A stretch of 42,527 nucleotides of DNA. It comes from Pseudolabrys sp. Its GTDB lineage: Bacteria; Pseudomonadota; Alphaproteobacteria; Rhizobiales; Xanthobacteraceae. The stretch is taken from the NCBI GenBank assembly GCA_035689725.1, contig DASSLE010000092.1, forward strand, positions 1 to 42,527, read 5' to 3'. Below, piece by piece: positions 30,711-39,734 of this stretch. Below the pieces are notes generated by a model. That model was not told the origin of the DNA and did no database searches. It worked only from the letters and a program-made list of their open reading frames with translations. Numbering within the stretch: position 1 is the stretch's first letter; each line of letters opens with the position of its first letter. Position numbers and translations under genes: made by a program.

Positions 30711-31373
30711 ATGCATCCCGTGCTTCGGCTTTATGAAGATGTCTTGTCCAGCGCCGAAAATGCCGCGTTCCGGCTGCCGCCGTTACCGCGCTTCATCTTC
30801 GTGGTGCACGGCTCAGCCGCCATCGGCGGCAAGACGCTGAGCGAGGGCGAGGCCTGGCAGGGTGAGGCGGCGATCACGGTAAAGCCGGGTGCGGGTGGCG
30901 TGACTTGCTGGCGCTGGGAGCTGGCGCGCGGCGACCAAGGCAGCACCACCGCCAACGCGCCCGGCATGACTACGCACGAGAAGCTGACCGCTTTTCTCGA
31001 GACATTGCCGAAAGGCGAATTGCTGATGCGCGGCGACAGCGTCGCCTTCCCGCCCGGCGGCTGCGCCTATCTCCACCGCCATCAGGGGCCCGGCATTCGC
31101 TGCCTGATTGACGGCGGCATCCGCATCGATACGGACGGCCGCTCGACGTCATTTGGGCCGGGAGGCGCCTGGTACGAACCCGGTCCCAATGCGGTGTTTG
31201 CGCAAGCAGCATCCGGCAAAAACAGCCGTTTCATTCGCGTGATGATCCTACCGCGCGAGCTTCAAGGCAAAAGCTCGATCCAGTATGTCAACGAGGAGGA
31301 CAAGGCGAAGCCGAAATCGCAGCAGTACAAGATTTACGCCGACGCACCGATTTCGTTCGGAGCGCGCAAATGA
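30711..31373 (+). CDS. hypothetical protein, probable cupin-like fold
   Basis: FPPGGCAYLHRHQGPGIRCLIDG (HxH cupin-like motif); GGAG RBS; operon-like spacing. Confidence 0.7.
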   Translation: MHPVLRLYEDVLSSAENAAFRLPPLPRFIFVVHGSAAIGGKTLSEGEAWQGEAAITVKPGAGGVTCWRWELARGDQGSTTANAPGMTTHEKLTAFLETLPKGELLMRGDSVAFPPGGCAYLHRHQGPGIRCLIDGGIRIDTDGRSTSFGPGGAWYEPGPNAVFAQAASGKNSRFIRVMILPRELQGKSSIQYVNEEDKAKPKSQQYKIYADAPISFGARK

Positions 31374-31386
31374 GTCCGTTACATCG

Positions 31387-32463
31387 ATGACCTCGATCGA
31401 TCGCCAGCAGGCATTTTCCGGCACCAAGGATGCGGCGCCGACGCTACGCCTCGATATTGCGCAGCTCGAACGCTATCTCACCGATGAAGTTGCTTGCTTT
31501 GCCGGGCCGCTCACCGTCAAGCAATTTAAAGGCGGCCAGTCAAATCCGACCTATCTGCTGGAGACGCCTTCGCGGCGCTACGTCCTGCGCCGAAGGCCTC
31601 CGGGCAAACTCCTTCCGTCGGCACACGCGGTCGACCGCGAATATCGGGTGACCCGCGCGTTGCATGTGCAAGGCTTTCCGGTCGCCGAGCCACTCGCCTA
31701 TTGCGCCGATAATAGCGTCGCCGGCACGGCCTTTTACATCATGGATTTTGTCGACGGCCGCGTGTTCTGGGAGCCGCAGATGCCAGAGTCCACTCCGACC
31801 GAGCGCGCGGCGGTCTACGATTCCATGAATGAGACTATCGCGCGGCTGCACGCGTTCGATCCGGTGAAGATCAGCCTCGGCGATTTCGGCAGGGGCGAAA
31901 ACTATGTCGCGCGCCAAGTCCAGCGCTGGTCGAAGCAATATCACGCGTCCGAAACGGAAAAAATCGACGTCATGGAAAGGCTGATCGACTGGCTGCCCAG
32001 GCACATTCCGGCAGGCGGCCCGGTGCGGCTGGTGCACGGTGACTATCGGCTCGACAACCTGATCGTCGCACGCGATCAGCCAAAAATTGTTGCCGTGCTC
32101 GACTGGGAATTATCCACGCTCGGCGATCCGCTTGCCGATTTCAGCTATCACCTGATGGCGTGGCACATGCCGCACTCCGAAAGCGCGGCCGGTACTGCGA
32201 CCCTCGTGGGACATGATCTGCGCGCGCTCGGCATTCCGTCGATGGCGGATTACGTAGACGCCTACGTTGCGCGTACCGGCCTCGACCCGCGCCCGGCGCT
32301 GCCGGTTTATCTCGCCTATAATTTCTTTCGCATCGCCGCCATTTTGCAGGGGATCATTGGCCGCGTGCGCGACGGCACCGCAACATCGGAATTTGCGCCC
32401 GCCAAGGCCGAAATGATCCGGCCTTTGGCCGATAAAGCCTGGGACTTCGCGCGTCAGGCCTGA
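31387..32463 (+). CDS. APH-family phosphotransferase (ACAD10/11 N-terminal-like)
   Basis: GGQSNPTY, LLPSAHAVDREY, HGDYRLDN, LDWELSTLGDPLAD. Confidence 0.9.
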   Translation: MTSIDRQQAFSGTKDAAPTLRLDIAQLERYLTDEVACFAGPLTVKQFKGGQSNPTYLLETPSRRYVLRRRPPGKLLPSAHAVDREYRVTRALHVQGFPVAEPLAYCADNSVAGTAFYIMDFVDGRVFWEPQMPESTPTERAAVYDSMNETIARLHAFDPVKISLGDFGRGENYVARQVQRWSKQYHASETEKIDVMERLIDWLPRHIPAGGPVRLVHGDYRLDNLIVARDQPKIVAVLDWELSTLGDPLADFSYHLMAWHMPHSESAAGTATLVGHDLRALGIPSMADYVDAYVARTGLDPRPALPVYLAYNFFRIAAILQGIIGRVRDGTATSEFAPAKAEMIRPLADKAWDFARQA

Positions 32464-32558
32464 CTCGCTTCGAGACGGGCAACAAATCCTTTCCTGACCG
32501 GGCCGGATTTGGCGCGTTTCCAGGCCCCGCCTCCGCCCGCATGGGCAAGCTGGTGGAC

Positions 32559-32578
32559 AAAACGGCGTAGTCCGCCGT
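32559..32578 (-). terminator. possible terminator after tadA
   Basis: Minus-strand ACGGCG-gacta-CGCCGT hairpin running into a short T tract. Confidence 0.35.
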
Positions 32579-32595
32579 AATCACTATTTTGGAAA

Positions 32596-33042
32596 CTAGC
32601 GTCGCGCCTGGAAGAAATCTTTCAGCAGCATTGCGCACTCGCTTTCATTGATGCCGCCGTAAACTTCGGGCCGATGATGGCACGTGAGCGCCGCGAAGAA
32701 GCGCACACCGTTTTCTACAGCGCCACCTTTGGGATCGGCCGCCCCGAAATAAAGCCGCCGGATACGTGCAAACGACATCGCCGCCGCACACATCGCGCAA
32801 GGTTCCAGCGTAACATAAAGATCGCAATCGGTGAGCCGTTCGCTGCCAAGCTTCGCCGACGCTGCGCGTATAGCGATGAGTTCCGCGTGCGCGGTCGGAT
32901 CGCGGTCGATAACGGTGCGGTTACCGGCTCGAGCCACCACGGCGCCGCTGTGCACAATCGCGCAGCCAACGGGCACCTCGCCGCGCGCTCCTGCGGCGCT
33001 GGCCTCCTCCAAAGCAATCGACATGAACGAGGGCGATGGCAT
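32596..33042 (-). CDS. tadA: tRNA adenosine(34) deaminase
   Basis: GEVPVG, DPTAHAE, TLEPCAMC, DPKGG. Confidence 0.92.
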   Translation of the reverse strand: MPSPSFMSIALEEASAAGARGEVPVGCAIVHSGAVVARAGNRTVIDRDPTAHAELIAIRAASAKLGSERLTDCDLYVTLEPCAMCAAAMSFARIRRLYFGAADPKGGAVENGVRFFAALTCHHRPEVYGGINESECAMLLKDFFQARR

Positions 33043-33049
33043 GTTTCTC

Positions 33050-33139
33050 CGTCATGCCCGGCCTTGTGCCGGGCACCCGCATCTTTATACACAGAGCGGC
33101 ATAGAAGACGTGGATAGCCGGTACAAGTCCAGCCATGAC
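33050..33139. repeat. CGTC-type REP-like palindromic element (intergenic)
   Basis: GTCATG...CATGAC termini; perfect hairpin TGCCCGGC-cttgt-GCCGGGCA (33055-33075); degenerate second arm. Confidence 0.8.
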
Positions 33140-33150
33140 AAAGGTCGCCA

Positions 33151-34125
33151 ATGGCCGAAAAAATCAGCAAAGATATCCCCGGCGAACGCATCGCTAAGGT
33201 CATCGCACGCGCCGGGCTTGCCTCACGGCGCGAGGCAGAAGTCTGGATTGCGGCGGGCCGTGTATCGGTGAACGACGCGGTGATTTCTTCGCCGGCGCTC
33301 AATGTCACGCCATCCGATCGCATCGCGGTCGACGGCTCGCCGCTGCGGGCGCGCGAGCGCACACGACTTTTTCTCTATCACAAGCCTCGCGGGCTGGTGA
33401 CGACCCATTCCGATCCAGAAGGCCGCGATACGATTTTTCGGGCGCTGCCGAAGGGGCTGCCGCGACTGATCAGCATCGGCAGGCTCGACATCAACACCGA
33501 GGGGCTTCTGCTTCTCACAAATGACGGCGGGCTCGCGCGCGTATTGGAATTACCGGCGACCGGCTGGCTGCGCCGCTACCGTGTGCGCGCGCTCGGCCGC
33601 GTGCAACAGGATGCGCTCGACCGACTGCGCGGCGGCATCACTATCGATGGTATTCGCTATGGGCCGATCGAAGCCACGCTCGATCGCGAACAGGGTGCCA
33701 ATGTCTGGCTCACTTTCGGTATCCGCGAGGGCAAGAACCGCGAGGTGCGCAGGGTTCTTGAAACACTCGGGCTGAAGGTGAACCGGCTGATCCGCGTGGC
33801 GTTCGGGCCTTTTGACCTGGGCGACCTCGATGACGGCGCAGTGAAGGAAATCGAGACGGCGGAATTGCGCGCAAAGCTTGGCGAGCAGATCATCATCGAA
33901 GCTGGCGCCGATTTCGACGCCCCTCTCATCGTCGAGCAGCCGAAGATCCATCCCCATCATTCCGGGGCGCGGGCGAAAGCACGCGAGCCCGGACTCCAGA
34001 GACGCGGATCTCGGCCGCCTCTGGATTTCGGCCCGCACACTGGCGCGCGCGACCGGAATGACAGGAAGAAACGTCGTCGCGATCGTTCCGGCGGACCGCG
34101 TCCATCGCGGCCAAGGCCAAGATAA
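33151..34125 (+). CDS. rluB: rRNA pseudouridine synthase (RluB/RsuA family)
   Basis: S4 domain (ERIAKVIARAGLASRREAE), HKPRG, GRLD, EGLLLLTNDG, EGKNREVRR. Confidence 0.9.
   Translation: MAEKISKDIPGERIAKVIARAGLASRREAEVWIAAGRVSVNDAVISSPALNVTPSDRIAVDGSPLRARERTRLFLYHKPRGLVTTHSDPEGRDTIFRALPKGLPRLISIGRLDINTEGLLLLTNDGGLARVLELPATGWLRRYRVRALGRVQQDALDRLRGGITIDGIRYGPIEATLDREQGANVWLTFGIREGKNREVRRVLETLGLKVNRLIRVAFGPFDLGDLDDGAVKEIETAELRAKLGEQIIIEAGADFDAPLIVEQPKIHPHHSGARAKAREPGLQRRGSRPPLDFGPHTGARDRNDRKKRRRDRSGGPRPSRPRPR
33957..34061. repeat. REP-like palindromic element inside the rluB coding sequence
   Basis: Perfect 9-bp terminal inverted repeat TCATTCCGG/CCGGAATGA and inner TCCAGAG/CTCTGGA; 105 nt with no stop in the rluB frame. 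Confidence 0.75.
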
Positions 34126-34679
34126 TGCGCGTTGTCGGCGGCAAGCTGCGCTCACGCCCGCTCGCGGGTCCAAAATCGAACGCGGTGCGACCGACCTCCG
34201 ACCGGCTGCGCGAAGCACTGTTCAACATCCTTACACATTCCTATGGCGATCCAGTCACCGGCGCACGCGTGCTTGATCTGTTTGCAGGGACGGGCGCACT
34301 CGGCATCGAAGCCATCTCGCGCGGCGCCGTCTACGCGCTATTTGTGGACGAAGGCGTCGAAGCCCGGGCACTGTTGCGTGACAACACCGAATCGCTTGGC
34401 CTCGGTGGCGTAACCCGCATTTTCCGGCGCGATGCAACCGCGCTCGGGCCAGCACATCCGCTTGAGCTTTTTTCGCTGGTATTCCTCGATCCGCCCTATG
34501 GCAAAGGCCTCGCGGAAAAGGCGCTGGCCTCCGCCCGCGAAGGAGGATGGCTCAAGCAGGGCGCGCTGATCGTGGTAGAGGAAGGTGCCGATGCAGCGTT
34601 TAAATCGCCAGAGGGTTTCGAAGAACTGGAGCGGCGCAAATACGACGGTACGGAGTTTGTGTTTTTGCGGACTTTCTAG
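34125..34679 (+). CDS. rsmD: 16S rRNA m2G966 methyltransferase
   Basis: MRVVGG, RPTSDRLREALFN, LDLFAGTGALG, FLDPPY. Confidence 0.96.
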   Translation: MRVVGGKLRSRPLAGPKSNAVRPTSDRLREALFNILTHSYGDPVTGARVLDLFAGTGALGIEAISRGAVYALFVDEGVEARALLRDNTESLGLGGVTRIFRRDATALGPAHPLELFSLVFLDPPYGKGLAEKALASAREGGWLKQGALIVVEEGADAAFKSPEGFEELERRKYDGTEFVFLRTF

Positions 34680-34683
34680 GCCG

Positions 34684-36486
34684 CTACCTTCGCCCAAATA
34701 AACGCTCGATATCGGTAAGTTTCAATTCCACATAGGTCGGCCGGCCGTGATTGCATTGGCCGGAATTGGGCACCGACTCCATCTCGCGCAGGAGCGCGTT
34801 CATCTCATCGGGCTTAAGCCTGCGGCCCGCACGAACTGAGCCGTGGCAAGCCATGGTCGACGAGACGTGCATAAGACGACGCTCCAGCGGCAATGAATCA
34901 TCCCATTCCGCTATATGCTCGGCGAGATCATTGACTAAGCCCCTGACGTCGACTTCGCCAAGCAAAGATGGGGTTTCGCGCACCGCCAGCGCGCCTGGGC
35001 CGAACGTCTCGATCATAAGGCCAAAACGGGCTAGCTCGTCCGCGCGCGCAGCGAGCCGTGCGGCGTCGGCTTCGTCGAGCTCAACGATTTCGGGGATGAG
35101 CAGGATCTGCCGTGCAACGCCGGACTTCTCTATTGCCGCCTTCATCCGCTCATAGACGATGCGCTCGTGCGCTGCGTGCTGATCGACGATCACCAGCCCG
35201 TCGCGCGTCTGCGCGACGATATAGGTCTCATGCAGCTGCGCGCGCGCCGCGCCAAGCGGCCGGTCGATCTGATCGGCCGCCGGCTCAAAGCTTGCGACCG
35301 CGGCATCCGCAGCCGGCTCGCCGACATCGAAAGTAGCCTGCGCGGCCTCCGCAAAGCCGACCGTAGCGCCGCCGCGCATCGGCACAAAGCCGACCGGCCG
35401 TGCGGGAGAGCGCCGCCAGTCGTAGGCCCCGCGACGTGGCGCGGTCGCCGTGCGGAACGTCGCGATGGTCGCGCTGCCGCCGGTCGTCGACGCACGCTGG
35501 CCTTCGCGCGCCAGAGCATCCTTGAGAGCGCGGACGATCAACCCGCGCACGAGCGTACCGTCGCGGAAACGCACCTCGGTCTTGGCTGGATGCACATTCA
35601 CGTCCACTTCGCGCGCATCGAGCGTGACAAATAGCGCCAGCAGCGGATACCGGTCGCGTGGCAGGTAGTCAGCAAAGGCTGCGCGTACTGCGCCAAATAA
35701 AAGCTTGTCGCGCACCGGACGTCCGTTGACGAAGAGATATTGCCCAAGCGAATTAGCGCGAGAGAGCGTCGGCAGGCCGGCGAAGCCGGTCACGCGAACG
35801 CCTTCGCGTTCGGCGTCAATGGCTATGGCATTGGCGCGGAAGTCAGCGCCAAGCACGTCACCGAGCCGCGTGATCTGGTCACTTTCGGCCGCACCCCAAG
35901 TTACCGGCGCGCGATCTTCTCCGGCAAGCGTGAAGGAAACGTCCGGCCGGCTCATGGCCAGCCGCCGCACGACATCGCGCACCGCCTCCGCCTCGCTGCG
36001 GTCCGTCTTCAGGAATTTCAAGCGCGCCGGTGTGGCGTAGAACAGGTCGCGCACCTCAACCGTGGTGCCTTCGGAGAGCGCGGCTGGTTTCACGGCAGAC
36101 TTTTCTCCCGCTTCGACGGTTATGCTCCAAGCATGCGGCTCGCCGACGCGGCGCGTCGTAATGGTCAGCCGGGCAGCCGCGCCGATGGAAGGCAGCGCCT
36201 CTCCGCGAAAGCCGAGCGTGCGGATCGACAAAAGATCATCGCCCTCAAGCTTCGAGGTGGCATGGCGCTCGACCGCGAGTTCGAGATCGGCGCGGGTCAT
36301 GCCTTCGCCGTCGTCGGTGACGCGGATCAGCCGACGGCCTCCGCCGTCAGTGAGGACGTCGATGCGGTGAGCGCCAGCGTCGAGCGCGTTTTCGACCAGT
36401 TCCTTCACGACGCTCGCCGGCCGCTCGACCACCTCGCCGGCGGCGATACGATTGACGACAGCTTCGGATAGTTGTCGGACGGGCAT
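34684..36486 (-). CDS. mutL: DNA mismatch repair endonuclease MutL
   Basis: IAAGEVVERP, GFRGEAL, DVNVHPAK, DQHAAHER endonuclease motif, ACH, CNHGRP. Confidence 0.98.
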   Translation of the reverse strand: MPVRQLSEAVVNRIAAGEVVERPASVVKELVENALDAGAHRIDVLTDGGGRRLIRVTDDGEGMTRADLELAVERHATSKLEGDDLLSIRTLGFRGEALPSIGAAARLTITTRRVGEPHAWSITVEAGEKSAVKPAALSEGTTVEVRDLFYATPARLKFLKTDRSEAEAVRDVVRRLAMSRPDVSFTLAGEDRAPVTWGAAESDQITRLGDVLGADFRANAIAIDAEREGVRVTGFAGLPTLSRANSLGQYLFVNGRPVRDKLLFGAVRAAFADYLPRDRYPLLALFVTLDAREVDVNVHPAKTEVRFRDGTLVRGLIVRALKDALAREGQRASTTGGSATIATFRTATAPRRGAYDWRRSPARPVGFVPMRGGATVGFAEAAQATFDVGEPAADAAVASFEPAADQIDRPLGAARAQLHETYIVAQTRDGLVIVDQHAAHERIVYERMKAAIEKSGVARQILLIPEIVELDEADAARLAARADELARFGLMIETFGPGALAVRETPSLLGEVDVRGLVNDLAEHIAEWDDSLPLERRLMHVSSTMACHGSVRAGRRLKPDEMNALLREMESVPNSGQCNHGRPTYVELKLTDIERLFGRR

Positions 36487-36588
36487 GACGTTTTCTGGTG
36501 GCGTCTGATCGAATCGGGGGCCGACTTTACCCGACGGCTGGCGGCCTCAGCGAGGCGGGGTCATGAGCTGCCCCCGCTATCCCTAGGG

Positions 36589-37011
36589 CTAATCCCAGCC
36601 TGGCTTGCCGCGCCGCAGGCTTTTGATGCCAGAACGATGCTTCTTGGCCTCAAGCCGCTCCCGACGCTGCGCCTTCGGCACTTTCGTGGGCCGGCGCGGG
36701 GTCGGCTTCACCGCTGCCTGCCGGATCATGGTGAATAGGCGGCCGCGCGCGTCTTCGCGGTTGCGCTCTTGGGTGCGGTGCCGCTGCGCGATGATGACGA
36801 TGACGCCTTCCTTGGTCAGTCGCTTGCCCGCAAGCTGCATCAACCGCAGGGCAACATCATTTGGCAACGACGGCGAATGGCGCGCATCGAATCGGAGCTG
36901 CACGGCCGATGACACCTTGTTGACGTTCTGGCCGCCTGGCCCGGAGGCGCGCACGAAGGATTCCGACAGCTCGGATTCGTCGATGGAGATCGTGTCGGTG
37001 ATGCGGATCAT
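36589..37011 (-). CDS. arfB: alternative ribosome-rescue peptidyl-tRNA hydrolase
   Basis: RASGPGGQNVNKV and a basic C-terminal tail (RRPTK...KKHRS). Confidence 0.95.
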   Translation of the reverse strand: MIRITDTISIDESELSESFVRASGPGGQNVNKVSSAVQLRFDARHSPSLPNDVALRLMQLAGKRLTKEGVIVIIAQRHRTQERNREDARGRLFTMIRQAAVKPTPRRPTKVPKAQRRERLEAKKHRSGIKSLRRGKPGWD

Positions 37012-37029
37012 GATCCGGCAATGCGCACG

Positions 37030-38346
37030 TCAGGACGTCAAATACTTCTTCGCGAGCACCTTACCTTCTTCCACCGCCGGCTGGTCGAAAGCATCGACCC
37101 CGAGGAGATGGGCGGCGATGATCGTCTCCAACATGAAATGCATCATTAACTCGCCGAGGCTTTCTTCGTCGAGCTTGCTGACGTTAATTGTGCGCACCGG
37201 ACAACCGTTCTTCGCCAGTGTCTCGCCGGTGGCGCGGCTTTCGGCCATCACCAAGTCGCCGACAGTTTTGTCGGTGAAGCCTGGTTCGCCAGCCAGTTTG
37301 GCGAGCTCGCCGTCAATGCGCGGCCCAATACCTGCGCCATCGACCGTTACGACAGTGAACAATTTATCGCGTGGCCCGCCGATAAACAGTTGGAGCTGGC
37401 TGTGTTGGTCCACCGGTCCGAGCGCCGCCAGCGGCGTGGTGCCCTTCCCACCTTTGCCGAGGCTTTCGGCCCAGAGCTGCACATACCAATGCGTGAAGCG
37501 TTGCAGACGGTCGCAATAGGCCATCAGCACGCTGATCGATTTGCCTTTGCTCTCCAAGAGCGCGACCGACAGCGCGGCGCCGACGGCGGCTGGCACCTGT
37601 GCCGCCGGCTTCTTTGCTAACACCGGAGCCAATGCCAGACCGGCACCTTCACGCACCGCTGCGATGTCGAGGCCTACCATCGCCGCAGGCAACAGACCGA
37701 CATTGGTGAGCGCCGAATAGCGCCCACCGATGCCTGTATCGTGATCGAGCATAGGCACGCGATATTTGCCGAGCAGCTCGCGCAAGCCATTGGCTCTGCC
37801 TGGCTTGGCCGGCTCGCTGATCCCGAGAAAGATATCGGGAATGCGGGTTTGCAGTCCCTCGTCCATAACCGCCGACAAGGCTGCTATGGTCTGCATCAAC
37901 GTTTCCGCCGTGCCCCCGGATTTGGAGATCGCAACGAAACGCGTGGTCGCGTGCGGCAGCTTGGCAAGCAGCGTCCCGAAGCTGTTCGGGTCGAGGTTGT
38001 CGATGAAATGCAGTTGCGGCGGCGCGCGCAACGCGCCGACGCCCGGCACCGCGAAGCCCGCAAGTTGCGCCAAGGTCTGCCCGCCCAGACTGGAGCCGCC
38101 GGTGCCGAGAATAACGATGTCGGTCGCCCTGTCCGCCAGCTGGCGCGCGGTATCCCGGATCGCCTCCAGATCGCTGTGAGCTTCCGGCAAGCGCAGCAGC
38201 GGCAGACTGCGGTCGGCATGACGGGCGCGCAGCCGGTCAAGCGCGCCTTCTGCAAGCGACAGAACGGCATTGAGGGTATCCGCACTGACACCGTGCGGCC
38301 CGATGTGCTCTTCGCGGGCGGTGTCGATCGATTGGACGATGCTCAT
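37030..38346 (-). CDS. pgi: glucose-6-phosphate isomerase
   Basis: GTGGSSLG, SKSGGTAET, GGRYS, QLWAESLGK, DQHSQLQ, FDQPAVEEGK. Confidence 0.93.
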   Translation of the reverse strand: MSIVQSIDTAREEHIGPHGVSADTLNAVLSLAEGALDRLRARHADRSLPLLRLPEAHSDLEAIRDTARQLADRATDIVILGTGGSSLGGQTLAQLAGFAVPGVGALRAPPQLHFIDNLDPNSFGTLLAKLPHATTRFVAISKSGGTAETLMQTIAALSAVMDEGLQTRIPDIFLGISEPAKPGRANGLRELLGKYRVPMLDHDTGIGGRYSALTNVGLLPAAMVGLDIAAVREGAGLALAPVLAKKPAAQVPAAVGAALSVALLESKGKSISVLMAYCDRLQRFTHWYVQLWAESLGKGGKGTTPLAALGPVDQHSQLQLFIGGPRDKLFTVVTVDGAGIGPRIDGELAKLAGEPGFTDKTVGDLVMAESRATGETLAKNGCPVRTINVSKLDEESLGELMMHFMLETIIAAHLLGVDAFDQPAVEEGKVLAKKYLTS

Positions 38347-38402
38347 GCTAGTATTTGCCTAGAGTCGCGCGAAAGGCGCAACGGCGGAAACCAACGCGGC
38401 TG

Positions 38403-39734
38403 CTATTCTGTGGTCCCGCTCGAAGTCAGTCCCTTTGGCCGGCCGGCGACGGTCACCAGCATGCCGCCGCCATAAAGACGACGCGCTACCCGCTTGGCAT
38501 CCTCGATGGTCACCGCATCGATCAGCGCGCCACGGCGCTGAATATAGTCGATGCCGAGATCGTCTATCTGGATCTGGGTGAGTTGCGCCGCGATTTTGGC
38601 GGAGGTGTCGAGCGTGAGCGCATAGGAGCCCTTGAGGAACGACTTGGCGGCAGCGAGCTCGTCCGGGGTCGGACCTTCATCGGCCATGCGCTTGACCTCG
38701 TGCTCGATTACGGCGAGCGCATCGGCTGTACGGTCGGCCCGAGTGGCGGTCCCGCCGAGTACGACAGCGGCGCGCCGGAACCAGACAAGGCTGTCGGATA
38801 CGCCGTAAGCCAAGCCGCGTTTTTCACGCACCTCTCTGTAGAGTCGTGAGGAGAAGCTGCCGCCCCCCAGAATATGATTCACGACATACGCAGCCATGAA
38901 TTCAGGGTCGTGGCGTGCGATGCCCTGCCCGCCAAAGGTGACCACCGCCTGCGGCACGTCCACATTGATCACGATGCGGCGTCCGAGGCCAGTCGGCGTC
39001 GCATTTGCCACCGGCTTAAGATCGTTTTTCGCCGGAAGTCCAGCGAATGCACGATCGATCAGCGCGCCGGCCGTTTTGGCATCGACATCGCCAACAATTG
39101 AAATCTTCAGCTCATTGCGTGCAAACACGCGACGCACGTAGCCGCGCAGATCGTCGGCAGTGATACGCGGCATTGTTTCCAGTGTGCCCTTGCTTTCGCG
39201 CCCATAGGGGTGGTCGGGGAAAGCGGTCTGCCACCAGCGGCGGCTGGCGAGATCATTGGGATTGGTCGTATCGCGCTGAAGGGACGCCAGCTCTTGCTCG
39301 CGTACTCGCTCAACCGTGTCGGCATCGAAGCGTGGGTTCGTGAGCGCCAAGCGCAGAAGTTCAAAAGCCTCGTCACGGTGCTCGTTCAGGGAACGCAGTG
39401 AGCCATGGAAATAGTCGCGACCTACCTGGAAGCCGAGTTCGATTGCATGATTTTCCAGGCGCTCATGGAAGGCCTTGCTGTCCAGATCGCCGGCGCCCTC
39501 ATCGAGCAGATCTGCAACAAGATGGGCTGTGCCGGCCTTATCCGTCTCGTCCTGAGTGGCGCCGCCATGAAATGCGTAGTTTAGTGTGACCAGCGGTATT
39601 GCCTTTTCGCGCACCAGCCAGGCCTCGATACCGGCCGGACTGACGATCTTTTCGATCGTCATTGCCGGGGCAACGCCCGCACCTGCCACCAGTGCGGCTA
39701 CAGCACAAAGAATCGATGCGACGAACCGGTTCAT
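38403..39734 (-). CDS. M16 family peptidase, non-catalytic subunit
   Basis: Signal peptide; HLVAD in place of HxxEH; LLDEGAG; SRLYREVREKRGLAY. Confidence 0.9.
   Translation of the reverse strand: MNRFVASILCAVAALVAGAGVAPAMTIEKIVSPAGIEAWLVREKAIPLVTLNYAFHGGATQDETDKAGTAHLVADLLDEGAGDLDSKAFHERLENHAIELGFQVGRDYFHGSLRSLNEHRDEAFELLRLALTNPRFDADTVERVREQELASLQRDTTNPNDLASRRWWQTAFPDHPYGRESKGTLETMPRITADDLRGYVRRVFARNELKISIVGDVDAKTAGALIDRAFAGLPAKNDLKPVANATPTGLGRRIVINVDVPQAVVTFGGQGIARHDPEFMAAYVVNHILGGGSFSSRLYREVREKRGLAYGVSDSLVWFRRAAVVLGGTATRADRTADALAVIEHEVKRMADEGPTPDELAAAKSFLKGSYALTLDTSAKIAAQLTQIQIDDLGIDYIQRRGALIDAVTIEDAKRVARRLYGGGMLVTVAGRPKGLTSSGTTE

Noticed and set aside
28799-37519. Antisense ORFs of 200-300 aa opposite purD, rluB, mutL, arfB and pgi
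   Set aside because: No motifs, and they overlap well-supported genes on the other strand.
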